Source of the DNA: Cycas panzhihuaensis
Taxonomy: Eukaryota > Plantae > Cycadophyta
Length of the DNA stretch: 64,000 bases
Reading direction: 5' to 3'
Assembly: GCA_023213395.1 (NCBI GenBank)
Contig: CM041465.1
Span: 49,607,741 to 49,671,740, forward strand
This document shows positions 14,238 to 25,100 of this stretch, in pieces (position 1 is the first letter of the stretch; each line of letters begins with the position of its first letter). The position numbers were made by a program, and so were the translations under genes. The notes beneath the pieces were generated by a model. That model did no database searches. It saw only the letters and a program-made list of their open reading frames with translations, and had not been told where the DNA came from.

Positions 14238-14820
14238 ATAGTCCCATTTGTGGATGAGGTGGTTAGCCCTCGTGCGAGCCTCTGTAAGAGGACGACAGGT
14301 CTCTCAAGTGGGTGTTGTTAAGTCCCATATGTGGGTGATGCGCTTACGTTGCGGTCCCATGCCGGGGGGGTTGGACCGCTTATACAGCGGAGCGGGGGGT
14401 CCCATGCATCGTTGTAACAGCCGCTTGCAAGAAAACGAGAGAATCTTCGTTAAAAAATGTGTAGCGGACCCGCTCGTTCCAGCGGAGGTAAAAACGGGGG
14501 GCTGGATTGAGCAGGTGCCCGGATAACTGTACGATTATTTATGTGGCTTCTTCTGTGTCATTCCCGCCACGAAAAATGTTAATATCGTAATGATTAGTTT
14601 TTAAAATATAAATAAAATAATTTTATTTTATGAATGTAGTGGGTAGCAATGGAAATGATATAGATGCATGGGACCGGTAAATTCCGTTAGATTCTAAAAT
14701 TTTTGGCGCTAAATCTGTAGCGGACCCGCTACAATTTCTGCGGAGCCCCCCTGCATGGGACCGCGCTCTTAGGCCTCGTGCGAGCCTCAGCAAGAGGATG
14801 TCACATCCGTTAGAGGGAGC
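14238..14820 (+). repeat. Two ~82-bp tandem units in the Copia-1 leader; the second is split by a MITE
   Basis: agtcccat.tgtgg.tga.g...tta..cctcgtgcgagcctc...aagagga.g is repeated. Confidence 0.7.
14347..14768. mobile_element. Tourist/PIF-Harbinger-like MITE (422 bp), same terminal type in opposite orientation
   Basis: TTA TSD (14344-46 and 14769-71). The neighbouring uninterrupted repeat unit has a single TTA, confirming the duplication. Ends cgttgcggtcccatg ... catgggaccgcgctc. Internal repeated ggtcccatgc and gtagcggacccgct motifs. Confidence 0.88.
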
Positions 14821-14877
14821 AAGCACGAGCAAAGCTCATTCTAGTCAAGAATCTCAGCGGGTGTTAAGCAAGAGAAG

Positions 14878-15257
14878 GCAGCAGCATATTGAAAGAGGCA
14901 CCCTATGTGGGAATCGAACCCACAAAACTCAAATCATCTGAAAAATGGCGATTTCAGCCACAAAAGCAGCAGCGCATTGAAAGAGGTTCCATTTATGGGA
15001 ATCAAACCCACGAACCACAAGTCGTTTAAAAATCAGCGATCTCAGCCAGAGATGAACAGAACATGAAGAGTGAACTGGAATCGCAATGAGCCAAACCCGC
15101 AATTGAAGGATAGCAAGCTCAGCAAGATATGAACCTGTGGAGTCAAAACCCATGAAGGTCTAAACCAGAAAAACAACCACAAATCTGACAAGAACTGACT
15201 TTAGACTTGTGAAAAGCATGAGAACACATTTGAAATCTAGTGGGAATTTGAACCCAC
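14878..15257 (-). repeat. tRNA T-arm/B-box-like repeats (88-bp tandem pair plus two further copies) in the Copia-1 leader
   Basis: Minus-strand GTGGGTTCGATTCCCAC at 14907-14923, with variants at 14995-15011, 15137-15153 and 15240-15257. No complete cloverleaf. Confidence 0.7.
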
Positions 15258-18200
15258 TCACCTTCGCCAAGTTCTTTCTTTCATCAAACCCAATACGAGT
15301 ACACTGCACGGTCCAAGCATGCTGCCCGGTCAATCTGGCAGAAACCGAAATATCACACCACGTTAACAGATTTCAAGAGGAGACATTGTGAGGGAACTTT
15401 TTTTTCATTTTGCAAATTCAAATTTCTTGAAATCAATCTTTTTAGAAATCTGTTTCCATTGTTGTTCCTCCTCAAAACTTGGATAATAAGCTTCCAAAAA
15501 CTGTCATTTGGATATGACAAACTTGTAAAAAGGGAAAAGAAAATCATAATATTTTTATGGTGAGTGAAGAACCTTATTTTGGCCTTACAGGAGGAGTCTG
15601 GTGTATTCTTCATTATGGCATGAACTTCAAATCTTTCAAAGCACTGCTTGTTTTCTTGCATTTACGAGAAAGTGGCTGCCATTTACTCTCTCCTTGAACC
15701 AAACAAGCTCAATGGTGAGAATTATAGCACATGGAAGATCAAGATGAGAAGCATCTCAATAGCAAAAGATAAGTGGAAGATAGTAGATGGGACAAAGACA
15801 ACCCCATATGATCCTAAAAGCTTTCCAAGAAAACAACAGAATAGCAGTGGCTACAATTATACTCTCGGTTATAGACCACATCCTTTGGCACATCTCATAT
15901 ATAATGACATCAAATGAAACACGGTTCATCCTCCAATCCATGTTCAAGCTCAAAAACATAGCCAAGATCATCCACATCAAGGAACTCCTCTAAAATTTAA
16001 AAATAAAAAAAGGGGAAACAATGACAAATTTTCTAGCATAGATAATAGAAACCAAAGAACAACTTGGAGCTGGAAGGAACATTGGGAACAAGGAACTAAT
16101 TCAACTCACTTTAAACAAATTTCCTCAATCATTTGACATTTTGGTAACTCAACTTACCATCTCAAAAGCAACCAAAACTATGACCTTCAAGGAGCTATGT
16201 GGTCTGACGTTGCATCAAGAGCTTAGGAATAAGAAATCTGAGGAGGAGATAGAATTGGAAGGGGCTTTTATCTCAAAATTAAAATTTAAAAGCCCCAAGA
16301 CTAAATCACCAAAATATGAATCCACTAGATTATAAAAAAGAAACTACTACCACTGGGAAAAATAGAACATCTCATCAAAGATTGTAAAATAAGGAAGTTT
16401 GACATGTAAAAGAAGAAGAGATACTTAGGCAACATATTTTAAAAAACTGAAAATGAAGAAGAATGTGCATTTGTTGCTGCCATCTCCACTAGAGTAACCC
16501 CCTTGGATAATTGGTACGTTGACTCAATAGCATCCAAGCACATGATCACTCAAAGAAACTAGTTTGAAAGCATGGAGGACCACTATGAAAATACTGTTGG
16601 AGAGCTACACCACTCACTTTGTTAAAGGGAAAGGCATCATTCCCATAAGAATGCCTAATGGAGAAATCAAAGCTGGAGATGTCCTCTTTGTACCTAGACT
16701 AAGAAAGAAACTTCTTTGAGTCTCCCAAATGACTATAAAGTAGCTTAAAGTTGAGCCCATGAAATCAAAATACAATTGACAACAACTTACACTCCTCAAT
16801 CAAATGGAGTGACTGAAAGGAAAAATAGAACAATCACAAAAATATAAAGGAGCATGTTCAAAGGAAAAATGATATCAAATAACTTTTGGCCCAAAGTAGT
16901 TAAGATAACAATGTACCTCATCAACAAAAGTTGCACAAAGGTTGTTAAAGGAAAAACTCCATAAGAGGTCTAGACTTGTAGAAACCCTAACATCAGTGAT
17001 CCAAGAATATTCAAGAGCACCACAGTCATGCAATCCCTAAAAGAAAAAAGAGCCAAGCTTAATGAGACAAGCATAAAATGCATCTTTATAGGTTATAGCA
17101 AAAAATATGAAGCTTACAAATGCATCAAACTTGAGATAAATGAAGTCATCATAAGCAAGGCTATAACATTTGAAGAAAAACCCACTGTAGTTGAAATACC
17201 ATCAACAATCAGAGAAGAAGGCATCATAAAAATTTCTCCTGCAATTGTAGAAAAAGAAGTTCAAACTGAACCAAGAGAAGAAGAGACTCCAGAAGAAGAA
17301 AATGTGCACAATGACAATAATCATAAAAGTATGCTACAGAGAAAGATTTTAAAATACCTGTCAACCCTTTATGACTCAAGAATAAATCACCCAACCATGG
17401 AAAAAAGAAGACAACAAAGGTCACAAAGTCATATTGGAAACATTGCTATAGTTAGTTGTGCCTTGAGCATACACAAGCCCATATCCTTTGAAGAAGCCAA
17501 AAAGAACAAGGCTTCTGATAAGGCCATAGATGAAGAAATCTTAGCCATCCAAAAGAACAACACATGGAAACTAACTGAAGTTCCAAAAAACAAGCAAGTG
17601 CTTGGCTATAAGTGGTTGTTCAAGATGAAATGTAGACCAAATATAACAACAAAAAAGCACAAAGCCAAATTGGCAGCCAGAGGTTTCACTCAAATAGAGG
17701 GAATTGACTATGAAGAGACCTTTGCTTCAGTAGCAAAATTGAATACCATACAAACCATTATAGCCACAGGTCAATTCAACTAGAAAGTCTATCAGATGGA
17801 TGTAAAAAGTGTAATTTTTAAATGGAGACCTCAAAGAAGTCGTTTACGTAGAACAACCTCTAAGGTTCATTAAAAGCAGAGAAGAACATCTTGTTTGTAT
17901 ATTGAAGAAAGCACCGTATGGCTTAAAACAAGCCCCCAGGGTATCATATGATGAGATTGATCAGTGTCTTAAAAAAGATGACTTCTACAAAGGAGAAGAT
18001 GACCCGAGTCTCTACATCAAGGTTAAAAATACAGGTTTCATCACTATTATAGTTATTTATGTTGATGTCCTTATTACTGGAAATGATGAAGACAATATCA
18101 AGTAGATAAAGGGGAGTCAAATGCAAACATTTGAGATCACAAACATGGGGCTACTACACTACTACCTAGGAGTTGAAGTGACCCAAGAAGAAAGAGGAAT

Positions 18201-21200
18201 ATTTCTAACTTGTACCAAGTATGCTAAAGAGTTGTTACTCGAGTTCAAAATGGCCGACTACAAGCCAATCTCCACTCCCTTGGAAACAGAGTGCAAGTTG
18301 ACAATAAAAGACCAAGGTCCCATAGTTGATGAAACATTGTACAAGAAACCGGTAGGAAGTTTGATATAACTCACTTTGACTCATCTTAATATTATGTATG
18401 CTATAGGAATTATTTCTAGATTCATGAATGTAACACAAGAAGCCCATGGGAAAGGTGCAAAAAGAATCTTAAGATACATACAAGGATCCTTAGACTTTAG
18501 ACTTGAAAACATAAGAAATCGAGACTCTAGGCTTATCAGCTTTAGTGATTTAGAGCAAGCTAGAAAATGCAACCACAAGAAACCAACCTCTGGCTATTGT
18601 TTCAATCTTGGATAAAGAGTAGTCTCCCAAAGCAACAAGAAACAAGCATCAATTGCATTCTCTTCAACAAAAGCAAAATATAAGGCAATGGTTGAAGCCA
18701 TTAGTGAGTTAGTCTAGCTAAGAAGAATTCCAGGAGATCTAAGGCAAACTCAACATCATCCCATAGTGATCAGCTATGACCATCAGAGTGTGATCAAGCT
18801 AGAAAAGAACCCGATCTTCCATACTCAGACTAAACATATTGAGTTTCCACATTGCTTTATCACGAAGAAGATTTAGAACAAAGAAATAAAGTTGGTCTAC
18901 TACCTCAATGTGGTATTGCATATAGACATCTTTACCAAACCTCTCAACAAAGACAAATTCCAGTTCTTCAAATAACAAATTGGGTTCAAAGTCAAATAGA
19001 ATAAACATTATCAGTGGGTGTTAAAATAATGTTTATTCTATTTTATGCGCTACCTTCTATTTCTATACTATAGAGATCATTCTATTTTGTACCTCGGTCA
19101 TTTGTCAGTTCACCATTGTGAGCTTAATTTAGCATTCTTAGTAAGTTTTGCATGATGGATAGATATCACTCACGCATGTCAAAATCTAATGTATATATGC
19201 AAGCATTACTTGGTGTAATACAACAAGGTAAATTACTTCATTCACCTATGTGTGTTGATATCTCAAAATTTAACAAAACCCCACAAAACTAGAACTCTAA
19301 TTTATATCACAATTCTAGAGTCTATATCAAAATGGTTTGAACATAGTTAGGATCCACAGAAGTTCCACAATTGCTATGGAACTTAAACCGACTCTATTAT
19401 AATCCTTATTCTTTAAAAGAAAATTATATACAATGAAATTAAAGCAACTTCATTCTTTAGAATTCTTGATTAGCTTGTAGGCCTTTATCTTTGATACCAA
19501 TGGGTTACAAAATGATATTTCTTATTTTCTTACAACAATGATCAGTTGTACGGCTCAAAATACAACACCATCTTCAAAATGCAATGAATTGCATTCAAGT
19601 TTTTCTAGATATGAACATAAAAGCAAGGAATTCCAAATCATCTCTCTTGTTTGCAATCCTTCCTAAATGACCACAAATACTAGCCTATTGAACAAATCCC
19701 CTGTAGCCACACAATATATTATATTCTTTGAGTAAAACAAAAATGTCTACATATAACAAAGATATGTTTAAGTACAATTGGTTGGCCCAAAAGACCAACA
19801 TATTTGACAAATGGCAACTATACCACAAAGAGATGGAGCTATATGCTCGAAGACAACTAGTCTTTGATCATATTCCACACACAAACCTATTTTGTTACCC
19901 TACCCTCTTGTTGCTAAATATGAAAGTAGATCATACTAACAAAATGTGCAAGGACCAATAAATATAATGTACCAATGGCAAAATCAATATAGAACTTGAA
20001 CTCAACAAATGCTGACTACTCACCTAATCCAAGACCAATGTAGTAACAATTTCTTTTCATCAGGTATGCTTGATTGGCCAAGCAAAAAATTAGTACATTC
20101 TACATCATCATGAATACATTTGGATTATAGGGAAAGGAGATGATATTTATCACCTCAAAATAGTTACAAAAGATAATTAGCATACATTACACATTGTCAC
20201 ATGTCTTATAGTAAATATGGTACTCTTGAAAATTAAATTATTGATCAAAATGCGAAATTAGCTAAAAAGAAGATACAATCTTGCTGCACATCCTCTACAA
20301 TGTGTCTTCTCTAGAATGGAAATAGATTCCACAACAATGCCTGCCACCATCTTTGTGGATATTTTGCACATAGAAAACACAATATGTTACAACAATAAAA
20401 ACAATTGATCCATACATTCAATTGCCCAAATATTATTCTTAGAGAAGATGCGTGATTCAAAACATAATGCTATCATATTAGCGACTAATAAGCACTCATC
20501 CATTCTTTCAAGTGACGTGAAAATCATGCTTGCCCAAAAGAATTCCAAGAATCCCACAAACTAGGACCCAATATATCTATAAAATGCAAGGCATAAAAAG
20601 TAAACAATCTAGTAGAAGCAATTTCAATATGTTTGTTTCTCATAAAAAATGAATCGCAATCATTGTATGTGTTTTCCCTTTGCATGAGCATTAAGTAATG
20701 CCAACAAAAGAGAAACCAAGCTTGAAAATAATGATTTGAAGGCAAGAGAAAATCTTTACAATTCAAACAAACCATATCATAACATAGTAATCACGTTGAC
20801 GTTCCTTGTAACATACCCTGGGAACATCATAATTGCCTCCAAGAGTGCTACTTAAAGAATATAAACAAAAACGTATAAGCAATTTGACACTAATTTGTGA
20901 TCATCCAAAGCAACTAAACATGTAGAAACGAGATATGAATGTGCATAACAGACTTGATTTATTTGGTAGAGACTGCAAAGTAGAATGGTGAAGTAATTTG
21001 TATGATATTTTAAACTGAACCCCCCCATTCTCTCAAAGGTGTTCATAATAGTGCCCAACGTTTTGATGATGCTCAAAAAAATATTATAGAGGCAATTATC
21101 AAATGCTCTATGGAGAAATCGCGGATGCTACAAATATCAAACAAATGACTTTTGAAAGGATGAGGGAATGCTCAACTTGTGACTATATTATACACTTGTA

Positions 21201-21215
21201 ATTGATGAAGCATAA

Positions 21216-21360
<145 letters not shown>

Positions 21361-21722
21361 GTAACTCAAACTATTCCAGTTTGTTTTAATCTTTTGTTAA
21401 ATATTATATAGACATTGTTAGCATTGTGATTAAAAACAATGAAACTTAGGAAATTATATGGTCTATTGAGAAAATAAATAATACATTACCATGCACAATG
21501 TTCTAGAAAAGTTAACTACTTGTCTTTTAATATTAATATAAAAACTAAAGCTTTAAAAGACAATAATGTGCAACTACTATGAAAAGTTTCAATATATACC
21601 CACCATCCATCCCTCAAACAACATGATTAGTAAAATGTACAATTCAACATTCTATCTACTTTTAATCTCCATAGCTACATCAACCTGCAAGAAACCATTA
21701 ACACTACAAGATTAGCTAACTA

Positions 21723-21723
21723 A

Positions 21724-21759
<36 letters not shown>

Positions 21760-21781
21760 ATATATATATATATAAGCATGC
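21723..21781. repeat. Compound microsatellite (CTAT)9 + (AT)n
   Basis: Direct reading of the sequence. Confidence 0.95.
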
Positions 21782-21853
21782 AATATTAATTAGTACTTAA
21801 AAAAATCAACTCTTTATTTGCATCCAATAGTGGAGCATGAAATAAACTTATAC

Positions 21854-22190
21854 TCAAACATTCACATTGTAGTCGACACTATTGATGTACTCTATTAGGG
21901 CAATTCATGATCTTGCTATGGTTGGATCATTTGTTGTTGGCTCATTGCTTTGTGTATTTTGATCAACCTCATCAATTTCCTCTACATTATGTAACACATC
22001 ATTATCTTCCCCAAACAACAATAATAGCATATTATGTTGTATGCAACAAACCACAATAGTTTGTGGTGGTAAGTGCCAAATAGGATTACAAATTTTTGAA
22101 TAAAGAATTCACTAATTTTGCTTTAGTTTCCCAAAAACACACTTGACAACACTACATGTTGATACTAACTTAAATTGTCATTGGCTAACT
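21854..22190 (-). pseudogene. PIF/Harbinger (DDE_Tnp_4/HARBI1-like) transposase C-terminal fragment
   Basis: Minus-strand translation STCSVVKCVFGKLKQN**ILYSKI...PQTIVVCCIQHNML...EEIDE...IALIEY matches the family motif R.VVERAFG.LK.RWRIL...I.ACC.LHN. Truncated by the LTR insertion at 22191. Confidence 0.8.
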
Positions 22191-25100
22191 TGATGAGTAC
22201 TAAGACAGAGAAAGAACAAGTAGACTTGAGAACCTCAAGGGAGCAAGTGAAGAATGAGATTTCTTCTTCCCTTGATGTACTCCTAGAATGATCATTAGCA
22301 TATACACATATGTTGGTGAGGCGCATGCAAGGACATTTGTTGTCCATACAATAATTGTTCCACCTAACTATTAAGTGAGTATCCTATATACTAAACAAAC
22401 ATTATGAGTAATGAGTTAGTCACATCCTATAGTATGAAGAATAAAAGAATACAAAGAAGACTAAACATACATTATGAGTAATGAGTTTCTCATCATTTCC
22501 TCTTTGCTTAGGAAGAAATTGTTGCCAATTTTTGCTAGAGATGGGGGAACTATGCTTTGAAAAAATGGTTTAGAAATCCATTTCGGTTTGGTAGGGAGGG
22601 TTCCTTACCTACCAATAAAATATGTTGTGGTCTTCTATTGCCTAGTGGGTCATTTCCTGGTGTCTAGTAGGGTGTCCTCTTAGAGTGGCAATTGAAACTT
22701 TGGGATGGTACTACATGGATGAGTGGCCAAAGGCTCATTCTCCAATTGTGGTTCTTCATATAATTTGAGGTTATTGATGTTGACCATGTCATGGATGCCC
22801 AAATGAGCAGGTAGGTCTAGGTGGAAGGCATTGGGTCCAATGGCTTGGAGGATAGTGTACGGACCAAAATGGATGGGTTTAAGCTTGTGATGTTGCTTAA
22901 AATGCATTTTGTCCAAATAAAACCAAACTTTGTTGTTGACTCGAAACTAAGCTTTAGCACAATATTGGTCGTGAAGCACTTTGTATGTATCTTGTGTCTT
23001 TTGTAGTATTTGTTGCACTATACAATGTATGTGGGCCATATGATTGACAACAATGGCTACCTTTTGTTGTTCCTTATATTGATGTGTTGTCACAAGAGTA
23101 GAAACTAAAAGTGGTATCTCATATGGTGCAAGAGGTAGTTGCCCATAATAGACTTCAAATGGAGAACGATCAGTGGAGACATAAGTAGCTCTATTATAAA
23201 TGTGTTGGACATGATACAAATATGTGTCCCATTGCTTCTTGTTGTAGTGATATATTCGAAGTGCATTTTGTTGGCAACCTAAATTTGGCCATTAGTTTGA
23301 GGGTGAAATGATGTTGAAACTAAGCATCTTCCAAAGGGACTACCAAAAATGACTAAGAAAACAACTATCTTTGTCAAAGATAATGGAGAGAGGTAGGTTG
23401 TAATGCATCCATATATGCTGGAAAAAAAAGTGTTGTTGCTTGGAGTACGAAGATCTCCTCTTTGCATGGAATGAATACAACCATTTTGGAAAATTTACAA
23501 ATGATCACAAAAATGTAGTTATGTCCTCGTTGTATTGTGGGTGGTCCACTAATGAAATCCATAAATATGGGCTCCCATGGCCAACTTGGTACAAGTAATG
23601 GTTGATGCAACCCTATCTTCCTATTAGAAGGTTTGGATTAGCTTCATAATAAACACTTGATGTAATCCTCCACAATTTTCTGCATGGATGACCAATGAAA
23701 GTATCGTGGGAGGTGGTGGAGGGCTTTGTGCATCCTCAAGTGTCCTCTATATGTTGAGGAATGGGCTTGTTTGAGAAATTGTTGATGTGGTACTTCCATA
23801 GGGACACAAAGTTGATTGAGTTTGAATAGCAAGCCATCTTTAAGATGATAATCTAGAAAGAGTTCTAGATTAGTTTATGTGGGGTGTATTAGAGTAGGTA
23901 GGATAGGCCCAAAATGTGAGTTAGAGGGATAAAGATCCTTGCACTCTAAATAGCCACTAAAATTGGTGTCCAAAATGGTGGTCAACATATAAATAGGTAG
24001 GCGGCTTAAGAAGTCAACAACTTTGTTAGAAGTCCCCTTTTTGTATTTGATGACAAGTTGGAACTACTAGATGTAGGAAGCCCATTTCAAGTGTTGATGC
24101 TCCTATATTTTGGATTGGGAGTTAAGGAATTGAAGGGGATGATGATTAGTATAGATGATAGTTTCTTTCCCAAGCAAAAAATGACTCTAGTGTTTGAGGT
24201 CCCCTTTTTGTATTTAATGACAAGTTGGAACTAGTAGATGTAGGAAGCCCATTTCAAGTGCCGATGCTCCTATATTTTGGATTGGGAGTTAAGGAATTGA
24301 AGGGGATGATGATCAGTATAGATGATAGTTTCTTTCCCAAGCAACATATGACTCTAATGTTTGAGGGCTTGGACCAGTGCTTATAACTCTTTATCATATG
24401 TGATGTAATTAAGTTGCTTGTGAAAATGTTTCATAGTGGTAGGCTATTGGGTGTCATCTCTACTTAAGAACTGCGCCCAAGGAAAATTAGGAAGCATTTA
24501 TCTCTACTTCAAAAAGTTGTTTGACATCTGGAAGATGGAGGACAAGTGTTGTACATAAGGCCACCTTGAGCTTTTGAAATGTTGCCTCTACTTGAAGGTC
24601 ACATATGAAATCCTTATAGCTTTTTGTGAGAATGTTGAGTGGGTGTGCAATGTTAGAGAAGTGCCAAATGAATTTCCTATAGAAATTGATGCTTCCTAGG
24701 AAACTTTTGAGCTCTGTGATACTGGAGGGTGTAGGTTAGTCACGAATGATGCCAACCTTGTCAAGATCCACATAAATACCATGTGCATTGATGACGAATC
24801 TAAGTTAGGAGATGGATTCCTATGCAAAAAAACATTTTTTAAACTTCACCTTGAGTTAGTGTTGTCGAAGTAAGACCAAGACTTTGTCAACATGTTGTAG
24901 ATGCTCCTCCAAAGTAGTGTTGAATACAAATATGTCATCAAGATATGGGATGAAAACTTTTCCCAAATGGGGATGGAAAATGTCAATGAGAATGAGACAC
25001 ATAAAGATGGTAGGGGCATTGGTTAAGCCAAAATCCATAACTAGCCATTCATATAAGCCATGCTAGGTCTTGAAGGTTGTTTTCCAAGTGTCACATGCTT

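Larger units (their letters stand above)
13324..19275 (+). mobile_element. Full-length degenerate Ty1/Copia element (Copia-1) carrying two MITE insertions
   Basis: 5' LTR 13324-14060 (interrupted by a MITE) aligns with 3' LTR 19019-19275 at roughly 75-80% identity. PBS tgatgtcagaac at 14061-14072. gag (KLNGENYSTWKIKM, ~15700), protease (WYVDS, ~16510), partly deleted integrase, RT (17560-18400) and RNase H (to ~18990). PPT relic before 19019. Decayed TSD agatt/aaacc. Confidence 0.92.

Noticed and set aside
14878-15060. Functional tRNA genes
   Set aside because: Only T-arm and partial anticodon-arm similarity; no acceptor stem, D-arm or A-box.
19770-19920. Kinase-like fragment KIGLCVEYDQRLVVFEH (minus strand)
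   Set aside because: No other kinase subdomains nearby; may be chance.
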